Notes under the pieces: generated by a model
Told to the model about the DNA's origin: nothing
The model's input: only the letters and a program-made list of their open reading frames with translations
Databases searched by the model: none
Shown here: positions 12,601-24,570 of the stretch, piece by piece
Layout: every line of letters starts with the position of its first letter
How positions within the stretch are numbered: the stretch's first letter is position 1
Translations under genes and position numbers: made by a program
Source: the human T2T-CHM13v2.0 reference genome, Homo sapiens
Strand: one strand, 5' to 3'
DNA length: 64,000 bases
NCBI RefSeq assembly: GCF_009914755.1
Contig: NC_060925.1

Positions 12601-15600
12601 TTAGGAAACACTCTGTTTGTAAAGTCTGCAAGTGGATATTCAGACCTCTTTGAGGCCTTCGTTGGAAACGGGATTTCTTCCTATTCTGCTAGACAGAAGA
12701 ATTCTCAGTAACTTCCTTGTGTTGTGTGTATTCAACTCACAGAGTTGAACGATCCTTTACACAGAGCAGACTTGAAACACTCTTTTTGTGGAATTTGCAA
12801 GTGGAGATTTCAGCCGCTTTGAGGTCAATAGTAGAAAAGGAAATATCTTCGTAGAAAAACTAGACAGAATGATTCTCAGAAACTCCTTTGTGATGTGTGT
12901 GTTCAACTCACAGAGTTTAACCTTTCTTTTCATAGAGCAGTTAGTAAACACTCTGTTTATAAAGTCTGCAAGTGGATATTCAGACCCCTTTGAGGCCTTC
13001 GTTGGAAACGGGATTTCTTCATATTATGCTAGACAGAAGAATTCTCAGTAACTTCCTTGTGTTGTGTGTATTCAACTGACAGAGTTGAACTTTCATTTAG
13101 AGAGAGCAGATTTGAAACACTGTTTTTGTGGAATTTGCAAGTGGAGATTTCAAGCGCTTTGGGGCCAAAGGCAGAAAAGGAAATATCTTCGTATAAAAAC
13201 TAGACAGAATCATTCTCAGAAACTGCTGCGTGATGTGTGCGTTCAACTCTCAGAGTTTAACTTTTCTTTTCATTCAGCGGTTTGGAAACACTCTGTTTGT
13301 AAAGTCTGCACGTGGATATTTTGACCACTTAGAGGCCTTCGTTGGAAACGGGTTTTTTTCATGTAAGGCTAGACAGAAGAATTCCCAGTAACTTCCTTGT
13401 GTTGTGTGCATTCAACTCACAGAGTTGAACGTTCCCTTAGACAGAGCAGATTTGAAACACTCTATTTGTGCAATTTGCAAGTGTAGATTTCAAGCGCTTT
13501 AAGGTCAACGGCAGAAAAGGAAATATCTTCGTTTCAAAACTAGACAGAATCATTCCCACAAACTGCCTTGTGATGTGTTCGTTCAACTCACAGAGTTTAA
13601 CCTTTCTGTTCATAGAGCAGTTAGGAAACACTCTGTTTGTAAAGTCTGTAAGTGGATATTCTGACATCTTGTGGCCTTCGTTGGAAACGGGATTTCTTCA
13701 TATTCTGCTAGACAGAAGAATTCTCAGTAACTTCCTTGTGTTGTGTGTATTCAACTCACAGAGTTGAATGATCCTTTACACAGAGCAGACTAGAAACACT
13801 CTTTTTGTGGAATTTGCAAGTGGAGATTTCAGCCGCTTTGAGGTCAATGGTAGAAAAGGAAACTATCTTCATATAAAGACTAGACAGAATGATTCTCAGA
13901 AAATCTTTTGTGATGTGTGCGTTCAACTCACAGAGTTTAACTTTTCTTCTCATAGAGCAGTTAGGAAACACTCTGTTTGTAAAGTCTGCAAGTGGATATT
14001 CAGACCTCTTTGAGGCCTTCGTTGGAAACGGGATTTCTTCATATTATGCTAGACAGAATAATTCTCAGTAACTTCCTTGTGTTGTGTGTATTCAACTCAC
14101 AGAGTTGAAGGATCCTTTACAGAGAGCAGGCTTGAAACACTCTTTTTGTCGAATTTGCAAGTGGAGATTTCAGCCGCTTTGAGGTCAATGGTAGAATAGG
14201 AAATATCTTCTTATAGAAACTAGACAGAATGATTCTCATAAACTCCTTTGTGATGTGTGCGTTCAACTCACAGAGTTTAACCTTTCTTTTCATAGAGCAG
14301 TTAGGAAACACTCTGTTTGTAAAGTCTGCAAGTGGATATTCAGACCTCCTTGAGGCCTTCGTTGGAAACGGGATTTCTTCATATTCTGCTAGACAGAAGA
14401 ATTCTCAGTAACTTCCTTGTGTTGTGTTTATTCAACTCACAGAGTTGAATGATCCTCTACACAGAGCAGACTTGAAACACTCTTTTTGTGGAATTTGCAA
14501 GTGGAGATTTCAGCCGCTTTGAAGTCAATGGTAGAAAAGTAAATATCTTCGTATAAAGACTAGACAGAATGATTCTCAGAAACTCCTTTGTGATGTGTGC
14601 GTTCAACTCACAGAGTTTAACCTTTCTGTTCATAGAGCAGTTAGGAAACACTCTGTTTGTAAAGTCTGTAAGTGGATATTCAGACCTCCTTGAGGCCTTC
14701 GTTGGAAACGGGATTTCTTCATATTCTGCTAGACAGAAGAATTCTCAGTAACTTCCTTGTGTTGTGTGTATTCAACTCACAGAGCTGAACGATCCTTTAC
14801 ACAGAGCAGACTTGAAACACTCTTTTTGTGGAATTTGCAAGTGGAGATTTCAGCCGCTTTGAGGTCAATGGTAGAAAAGGAAATATCTTCGTATAAAGAC
14901 TAGACAGAATGATTCTCATAAACTCCTTTGTGATGTGTGCGTTCAACTCACAGAGTTTAACTTTTCTTTTCATAGAGCAGTTAGGAAACACTCTGTTTGT
15001 AAAGTCTGCAAGTGGATATTCAGACCTCTTTGAGGCCTTCGTTGGAAACGGGATTTCTTCATATTATGCTAGACAGAATAATTCTCAGTAACTTCCTTGT
15101 TTTGTGTGTATTCAACTCACAGAGTTGAACGATCCTTTACACAGAGCAGACTTGAAACATTCTTTTTCTGGAATTTGCAAGTGGAGATTTCAGCCGCTTT
15201 GAGGTCAATGGTAGAATAGGAAATATCTTCCTATAGAAACTAGACAGAACGATTCTCAGAAACTCCTTTGTGATGTGTGCGTTCAACTCACAGAGTTTAA
15301 CCTTTCTTTTCATAGAGCAGTTAGGAAACACTCTGTTTGTAAAGTCTGCAAGTGGATATTCAGACCTCTTTGAGGCCTTCGTTGGAAACGGGATTTCTTC
15401 CTATTCTGCTAGACAGAAGAATTCCCAGTAACTTCCTTGTGTTGTGTGCATTCAACTCACAGAGTTGAACGTTCCCTTAGACAGAGCAGATTTGAAACAC
15501 TCTATTTGTGAAATTTCCAAGTGTAGATTTCAAGCGCTTTAAGGTCAACGGCAGAAAAGGAAATATCTTCGTTTCAAAACTAGACAATCATTCCCACAAA

Positions 15601-15896
15601 CTGCGTTGTGATGTGTACGTTCAACTCACAGAGTTTAACCTTTCTGTTCATAGAGCAGTTAGGAAACACTCTGTTTGTAAAGTCTGTAAGTGGATATTCT
15701 GACATCTTGTGGCCTTCGTTGGAAACGGGATTTCTTCATATTCTGCTAGACAGAAGAATTCTCAGTAACTTCCTTGTGTTGTGTGTATTCAACTCACAGA
15801 GTTGAACGATCCTTTACAGAGAGCAGACTTGAAACACTCTTTTTGTGGAATTTGCAAGTGGAGATTTCAGCCGCTTTGAGGTCAATGGTAGAAAAG
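8346..15896 (+). repeat. Tandem duplication, unit 3737 bp (22 monomers)
   Basis: ORF pairs offset by exactly 3737 (8340/12077 through 11771/15508). Shared rare markers: gactagaaac, gatcctctac, cagagctg and the 2-bp deletion aactagacaatcatt. Confidence 0.9.
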
Positions 15897-17200
15897 GAAA
15901 CTATCTTCATATAAAGACTAGACAGAATGATTCTCAGAAAATCTGTTGTGATGTGTGCGTTCAACTCACAGAGTTTAACTTTTCTTCTCATAGAGCAGTT
16001 AGGAAACACTCTGTTTGTAAAGTGTGCAAGTGGATATTCAGACCTCTTTGAGGCCTTCGTTGGAAACGGGATTTCTTCATATTATGCTAGACAGAATAAT
16101 TCTCAGTAACTTCCTTGTGTTGTGTGTATTCAACTCACAGAGTTGAAGGATCCTTTACAGAGAGCAGGCTTGAAACACTCTTTTTGTCGAATTTGCAAGT
16201 GGAGATTTCAGCCGCTTTGAGGTCAATGGTAGAATAGGAAATATCTTCTTATAGAAACTAGACAGAATGATTCTCATAAACTCCTTTGTGATGTGTGCGT
16301 TCAACTCACAGAGTTTAACCTTTCTTTTCATAGAGCAGTTAGGAAACACTCTGTTTGAAAAGTCTGCAAGTGGATATTCAGACCTCCTTGAGGCCTTCGT
16401 TGGAAACGGGATTTCTTCATATTCTGCTAGACAGAAGAATTCTCAGTAACTTCCTTGTGTTGTGTTTATTCAACTCACAGAGTTGAACGATCCTTTACAC
16501 AGAGCAGACTTGAAACACTCTTTTTGTGGAATTTGCAAGTGGAGATTTCAGCCGCTTTGAGGTCAATGGTAGAAAAGTAAATATCTTCGTATAAAGACTA
16601 GACAGAATGATTCTCAGAAACTCCTTTGTGATGTGTGCGTTCAACTCACAGAGTTTAACCTTTCTGTTCATAGAGCAGTTAGGAAACACTCTGTTTGTAA
16701 AGTCTGCAAGTGGATATTCAGACCTCCTTGAGGCCTTCGTTGGAAACGGGATTTCTTCTTATTCTGCTAGACAGAAGAATTCTCAGTAACTTCCTTGTGT
16801 TGTGTGTATTCAACTCACAGAGTTGAACGATCCTTTACACAGAGCAGACTTGAAACACTCTTTTTGTGGAATTTGCAAGTGGAGATTTCAGCCGCTTTGA
16901 GGTCAATAGTAGAAAAGGAAATATCTTCGTAGAAAAACTAGACAGAATGATTCTCAGAAACTCCTTTGTGATGTGTGTGTTCAACTCACAGAGTTTAACC
17001 TTTCTTTTCATAGAGCAGTTAGTAAACACTCTGTTTATAAAGTCTGCAAGTGGATATTCAGACCCCTTTGAGGCCTTCGTTGGAAACGGGATTTCTTCAT
17101 ATTATGCTAGACAGAAGAATTCTCAGTAACTTCCTTGTGTTGTGTGTATTCAACTGACAGAGTTGAACTTTCATTTAGAGAGAGCAGATTTGAAACACTG

Positions 17201-20200
17201 TTTTTGTGGAATTTGCAAGTGGAGATTTCAAGCGCTTTGGGGCCAAAGGCAGAAAATGAAATATCTTCGTATAAAAACTAGACAAAATCATTCTCAGAAA
17301 CTGCTGCGTGATGTGTGCGTTCAACTCTCAGAGTTTAACTTTTCTTTTCATTCAGCGGTTTGGAAACACTCTGTTTGTAAAGACTGCACGTGGATATTTT
17401 GACCACTTAGAGGCCTTCGTTGGAAACGGGTTTTCTTCATGTAAGGCTAGACAGAAGAATTCCCAGTAACTTCCTTGTGTTGTGTGCATTCAACTCACAG
17501 AGTTGAACGTTCCCTTAGACAGAGCAGATTTGAAACACTCTATTTGTGCAATTTGCAAGTGTAGATTTCAAGCGCTTTAAGGTCAATGGCAGAAAAGGAA
17601 ATTTCTTCGTTTCAAAACTAGACAGAATCATTCCCACAAACTGCGTTGTGATGTGTTCGTTCAACTCACAGAGTTTAACCTTTCTGTTCATAGAGCAGTT
17701 AGGAAACACTCTGTTTGTAAAGTCTGCAAGTGGATATTCAGACCTCCTTGAGGCCTTCGTTGGAAACGGGATTTCTTCATATTCTGCTAGACAGAAGAAT
17801 TCTCAGTAACTTCCTTGTGTTGTGTGTATTCAACTCACAGAGTTGAACGATCCTTTACACAGAGCAGACTTGAAACACTCTTTTTGTGGAATTTGCAAGT
17901 GGAGATTTCAGCCGCTTTGAGGTCAATGGTAGAAAAGGAAATATCTTCGTATAAAGACTAGACAGAATGATTCTCAGAAACTCCTTTGTGATGTGTGCGT
18001 TCAACTCACAGAGTTTAACCTTTCTGTTCATAGAGCAGTTAGGAAACACTCTGTTTGTAAAGTCTGCAAGTGGATATTCAGACCTCTTTGAGGCCTTCGT
18101 TGGAAACGGGATTTCTTCATATTCTGCTAGACAGAATAATTCTCAGTAACTTCCTTGTGTTGTGTGTATTCAACTCACAGAGTTGAACGATCCTTTACAC
18201 AGAGCAGACTTGAAACATTCTTTTTGTGGAATTTGCAAGTGGAGATTTCAGCCGCTTTGAGGTCAATGGTAGAATAGGAAATATCTTCCTATAGAAACTA
18301 GACAGAACGATTCTCAGAAACTCCTTTGTGATGTGTGCGTTCAACTCACAGAGTTTAACCTTTCTTTTCATAGAGCAGTTAGGAAACACTCTGTTTGTAA
18401 AGTCTGCAAGTGGATATTCAGACCTCTTTGAGGACTTCGTTGGAAACGGGATTTCTCCCTATTCTGCTAGACAGAAGAATTCTCAGTAACTTCCTTGTGT
18501 TGTGTGTATTCAACTCACAGAGTTGAAGGATCCTTTACAGAGAGCAGGCTTGAAACACTCTTTTTGTCGAATTTGCAAGTGGAGATTTCAGCCGCTTTGA
18601 GGTCAATGGTAGAATAGGAAATATCTTCTTATAGAAACTAGACAGAATGATTCTCATAAACTCCTTTGTGATGTGTGCGTTCAACTCACAGAGTTTAACC
18701 TTTCTTTTCATAGAGCAGTTAGGAAACACTCTGTTTGAAAAGTCTGCAAGTGGATATTCAGACCTCCTTGAGGCCTTCGTTGGAAACGGGATTTCTTCAT
18801 ATTCTGCTAGACAGAAGAAATCTCAGTAACTTCCTTGTGTTGTGTTTATTCAACTCACAGAGTTGAATGATCCTTTACACAGAGCAGACTTGAAACACTC
18901 TTTTTGTGGAATTTGCAAGTGGAGATTTCAAGCGCTTTGGGGCCAAAGGCAGAAAATGAAATATCTTCGTATAAAAACTAGACAAAATCATTCTCAGAAA
19001 CTGCTGCGTGATGTGTGCGTTCAACTCTCAGAGTTTAACTTTTCTTTTCATTCAGCGGTTTGGAAACACTCTGTTTGTAAAGACTGCACGTGGATATTTT
19101 GACCACTTAGAGGCCTTCGTTGGAAACGGGTTTTCTTCATGTAAGGCTAGACAGAAGAATTCCCAGTAACTTCCTTGTGTTGTGTGCATTCAACTCACAG
19201 AGTTGAACGTTCCCTTAGACAGAGCAGATTTGAAACACTCTATTTGTGCAATTTGCAAGTGTAGATTTCAAGCGCTTTAAGGTCAATGGCAGAAAAGGAA
19301 ATTTCTTCGTTTCAAAACTAGACAGAATCATTCCCACAAACTGCGTTGTGATGTGTTCGTTCAACTCACAGAGTTTAACCTTTCTGTTCATAGAGCAGTT
19401 AGGAAACACTCTGTTTGTAAAGTCTGCAAGTGGATATTCAGACCTCCTTGAGGCCTTCGTTGGAAACGGGATTTCTTCATATTCTGCTAGACAGAAGAAT
19501 TCTCAGTAACTTCCTTGTGTTGTGTGTATTCAACTCACAGAGTTGAACGATCCTTTACACAGAGCAGACTTGAAACACTCTTTTTGTGGAATTTGCAAGT
19601 GGAGATTTCAGCCGCTTTGAGGTCAATGGTAGAAAAGGAAATATCTTCGTATAAAGACTAGACAGAATGATTCTCAGAAACTCCTTTGTGATGTGTGCGT
19701 TCAACTCACAGAGTTTAACCTTTCTGTTCATAGAGCAGTTAGGAAACACTCTGTTTGTAAAGTCTGCAAGTGGATATTCAGACCTCTTTGAGGCCTTCGT
19801 TGGAAACGGGATTTCTTCATATTCTGCTAGACAGAATAATTCTCAGTAACTTCCTTGTGTTGTGTGTATTCAACTCACAGAGTTGAACGATCCTTTACAC
19901 AGAGCAGACTTGAAACATTCTTTTTGTGGAATTTGCAAGTGGAGATTTCAGCCGCTTTGAGGTCAATGGTAGAATAGGAAATATCTTCCTATAGAAACTA
20001 GACAGAACGATTCTCAGAAACTCCTTTGTGATGTGTGCGTTCAACTCACAGAGTTTAACCTTTCTTTTCATAGAGCAGTTAGGAAACACTCTGTTTGTAA
20101 AGTCTGCAAGTGGATATTCAGACCTCTTTGAGGACTTCGTTGGAAACGGGATTTCTCCCTATTCTGCTAGACAGAAGAATTCTCAGTAACTTCCTTGTGT

Positions 20201-20630
20201 TGTGTGTATTCAACTCACAGAGTTGAAGGATCCTTTACAGAGAGCAGGCTTGAAACACTCTTTTTGTCGAATTTGCAAGTGGAGATTTCAGCCGCTTTGA
20301 GGTCAATGGTAGAATAGGAAATATCTTCTTATAGAAACTAGACAGAATGATTCTCATAAACTCCTTTGTGATGTGTGCGTTCAACTCACAGAGTTTAACC
20401 TTTCTTTTCATAGAGCAGTTAGGAAACACTCTGTTTGAAAAGTCTGCAAGTGGATATTCAGACCTCCTTGAGGCCTTCGTTGGAAACGGGATTTCTTCAT
20501 ATTCTGCTAGACAGAAGAAATCTCAGTAACTTCCTTGTGTTGTGTTTATTCAACTCACAGAGTTGAATGATCCTTTACACAGAGCAGACTTGAAACACTC
20601 TTTTTGTGGAATTTGCAAGTGGAGATTTCA
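17201..20630 (+). repeat. Tandem duplication, unit 1700 bp (10 monomers)
   Basis: ORF pairs offset by 1700 (17515/19215, 17855/19555, 18195/19895, 18535/20235). Shared markers: agaaaatgaa, gacaaaatca, ggacttcg, gaagaaatctc. Confidence 0.9.
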
Positions 20631-23600
20631 GCCGCTTTGAGGTCAATGGTAGAAAAGTAAATATCTTCGTATAAAGACTAGACAGAATGATTCTCAGAAA
20701 CTCCTTTGTGATGTGTGCGTTCAACTCACAGAGTTTAACCTTTCTGTTCATAGAGCAGTTAGGAAACACTCTGTTTGTAAAGTCTGCAAGTGGATATTCA
20801 GACCTCCTTGAGGCCTTCGTTGGAAACGGGATTTCTTCATATTCTGCTAGACAGAAGAATTCTCAGTAACTTCCTTGTGTTGTGTGTATTCAACTCACAG
20901 AGTTGAACGATCCTTTACACAGAGCAGACTTGAAACACTCTTTTTGTGGAATTTGCAAGTGGAGATTTCAGCCGCTTTGAGGTCAATAGTAGAAAAGGAA
21001 ATATCTTCGTAGAAAAACTAGACAGAATGATTCTCAGAAACTCCTTTGTGATGTGTGTGTTCAACTCACAGAGTTTAACCTTTCTTTTCATAGAGCAGTT
21101 AGTAAACACTCTGTTTATAAAGTCTGCAAGTGGATATTCAGACCCCTTTGAGGCCTTCGTTGGAAACGGGATTTCTTCATATTATGCTAGACAGAAGAAT
21201 TCTCAGTAACTTCCTTGTGTTGTGTGTATTCAACTGACAGAGTTGAACTTTCATTTAGAGAGAGCAGATTTGAAACACTGTTTTTGTGGAATTTGCAAGT
21301 GGAGATTTCAAGCGCTTTGGGGCCAAAGGCAGAAAAGGAAATATCTTCGTATAAAAACTAGACAGAATCATTCTCAGAAACTGCTGCGTGATGTGTGCGT
21401 TCAACTCTCAGAGTTTAACTTTTCTTTTCATTCAGCGGTTTGGAAACACTCTGTTTGTAAAGTCTGCACGTGGATATTTTGACCACTTAGAGGCCTTCGT
21501 TGGAAACGGGTTTTCTTCATGTAAGGCTAGACAGAAGAATTCCCAGTAACTTCCTTGTGTTGTGTGCATTCAACTCACAGAGTTGAACGTTCCCTTAGAC
21601 AGAGCAGATTTGAAACACTCTATTTGTGCAATTTGTAGTGTAGATTTCAAGCGCTTTAAGGTCAATGGCAGAAAAGGAAATTTCTTCGTTTCAAAACTAG
21701 ACAGAATCATTCCCACAAACTGCGTTGTGATGTGTTCGTTCAACTCACAGAGTTTAACCTTTCTGTTCATAGAGCAGTTAGGAAACACTCTGTTTGTAAA
21801 GTCTGCAAGTGGATATTCAGACCTCCTTGAGGCCTTCGTTGGAAACGGGATTTCTTCATATTCTGCTAGACAGAAGAATTCTCAGTAACTTCCTTGTGTT
21901 GTGTGTATTCAACTCACAGAGTTGAACGATCCTTTACACAGAGCAGACTTGAAACACTCTTTTTGTGGAATTTGCAAGTGGAGATTTCAGCCGCTTTGAG
22001 GTCAATGGTAGAAAAGGAAATATCTTCCTATAAAGTCTAGACAGAATGATTCTCAGAAACTCCTTTGTGATGTGTGCGTTCAACTCACAGAGTTTAACTT
22101 TTCTTTTCATAGAGCAGTTAGGAAACACTCTGTTTGTAAAGTCTGCAAGTGGATATTCAGACCTCTTTGAGGCCTTCGTTGGAAACGGGATTTCTTCATA
22201 TTCTGCTAGACAGAATAATTCTCAGTAACTTCCTTGTGTTGTGTGTATTCAACTCACAGAGTTGAACGATCCTTTACACAGAGCAGACTTGAAACATTCT
22301 TTTTGTGGAATTTGCAAGTGGAGATTTCTGCCGCTTTGAGGTCAATGGTAGAATAGGAAATATCTTTCTATAAAAACTAGACAGAACGATTCTCAGAAAC
22401 TCCTTTGTGATGTGTGCGTTCAACTCACAGAGTTTAACCTTTCTTTTCATAGAGCAGTTAGGAAACACTCTGTTTGTAAAGTCTGCAAGTGGATATTCAG
22501 ACCTCTTTGAGGCCTTCGTTGGAAACGGGATTTCTTCCTATTCTGCTAGACAGAAGAATTCTCAGTAACTTCCTTGTGTTGTGTGTATTCAACTCACAGA
22601 GTTGAACGATCCTTTACACAGAGCAGACTTGAAACACTCTTTTTGTGGAATTTGCAAGTGGAGATTTCAGCCGCTTTGAGGTCAATAGTAGAAAAGGAAA
22701 TATCTTCGTAGAAAAACTAGACAGAATGATTCTCAGAAACTCCTTTGTGATGTGTGTGTTCAACTCACAGAGTTTAACCTTTCTTTTCATAGAGCAGTTA
22801 GTAAACACTCTGTTTATAAAGTCTGCAAGTGGATATTCAGACCCCTTTGAGGCCTTCGTTGGAAACGGGATTTCTTCATATTATGCTAGACAGAAGAATT
22901 CTCAGTAACTTCCTTGTGTTGTGTGTATTCAACTGACAGAGTTGAACTTTCATTTAGAGAGAGCAGATTTGAAACACTGTTTTTGTGGAATTTGCAAGTG
23001 GAGATTTCAAGCGCTTTGGGGCCAAAGGCAGAAAAGGAAATATCTTCGTATAAAAACTAGACAGAATCATTCTCAGAAACTGCTGCGTGATGTGTGCGTT
23101 CAACTCTCAGAGTTTAACTTTTCTTTTCATTCAGCGGTTTGGAAACACTCTGTTTGTAAAGTCTGCACGTGGATATTTTGACCACTTAGAGGCCTTCGTT
23201 GGAAACGGGTTTTTTTCATGTAAGGCTAGACAGAAGAATTCCCAGTAACTTCCTTGTGTTGTGTGCATTCAACTCACAGAGTTGAACGTTCCCTTAGACA
23301 GAGCAGATTTGAAACACTCTATTTGTGCAATTTGCAAGTGTAGATTTCAAGCGCTTTAAGGTCAACGGCAGAAAAGGAAATATCTTCGTTTCAAAACTAG
23401 ACAGAATCATTCCCACAAACTGCCTTGTGATGTGTTCGTTCAACTCACAGAGTTTAACCTTTCTGTTCATAGAGCAGTTAGGAAACACTCTGTTTGTAAA
23501 GTCTGTAAGTGGATATTCTGACATCTTGTGGCCTTCGTTGGAAACGGGATTTCTTCATATTCTGCTAGACAGAAGAATTCTCAGTAACTTCCTTGTGTTG

Positions 23601-23873
23601 TGTGTATTCAACTCACAGAGTTGAATGATCCTTTACACAGAGCAGACTTGAAACACTCTTTTTGTGGAATTTGCAAGTGGAGATTTCAGCCGCTTTGAGG
23701 TCAATGGTAGAAAAGGAAACTATCTTCATATAAAGACTAGACAGAATGATTCTCAGAAACTCCTTTGTGATGTGTGCGTTCAACTCACAGAGTTTAACCT
23801 TTCTGTTCATAGAGCAGTTAGGAAACACTCTGTTTGTAAAGTCTGCAAGTGGATATTCAGACCTCTTTGAGGC

Positions 23874-23890
23874 CTTCTTTGGAAACGGGA
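23874..23890 (+). promoter_or_regulatory. Disrupted CENP-B box (TTCG>TTCT)
   Basis: cttctttggaaacggga; G>T at 23878 hits a core position of NTTCGNNNNANNCGGG. Confidence 0.85.
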
Positions 23891-24553
23891 TTTCTTCATA
23901 TTCTGCTAGACAGAATAATTCTCAGTAACTTCCTTGTGTTGTGTGTATTCAACTCACAGAGTTGAACGATCCTTTACACAGAGCAGACTTGAAACATTCT
24001 TTTTGTGGAATTTGCAAGTGGAGATTTCAGCCGCTTTGAGGTCAATGGTAGAATAGGAAATATCTTCCTATAGAAACTAGACAGAACGATTCTCAGAAAC
24101 TCCTTTGTGATGTGTGCGTTCAACTCACAGAGTTTAACCTTTCTTTTCATAGAGCAGTTAGGAAACACTCTGTTTGTAAAGTCTGCAAGTGGATATTCAG
24201 ACCTCTTTGAGGCCTTCGTTGGAAACGGGATTTCTCCCTTTTCTGCTAGACAGAAGAATTCTCAGTAACTTCCTTGTGTTGTGTGTATTCAACTCACAGA
24301 GTTGAAGGATCCTTTACAGAGAGCAGGCTTGAAACACTCTTTTTGTCGAATTTGCAAGTGGAGATTTCAGCCGCTTTGAGGTCAATGGTAGAATAGGAAA
24401 TATCTTCTTATAGAAACTAGACAGAATGATTCTCATAAACTCCTTTGTGATGTGTGCGTTCAACTCACAGAGTTTAACCTTTCTTTTCATAGAGCAGTTA
24501 GGAAACACTCTGTTTGAAAAGTCTGCAAGTGGATATTCAGACCTCCTTGAGGC

Positions 24554-24570
24554 CTTCTTTGGAAACGGGA
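24554..24570 (+). promoter_or_regulatory. Disrupted CENP-B box (TTCG>TTCT)
   Basis: cttctttggaaacggga; G>T at 24558. Confidence 0.85.

Noticed and set aside
21562-21888. Longest ORF (108 aa), unique in the window
   Set aside because: Created by a 1-bp deletion near 21636 (atttgtagtg) that fuses two spurious frames.
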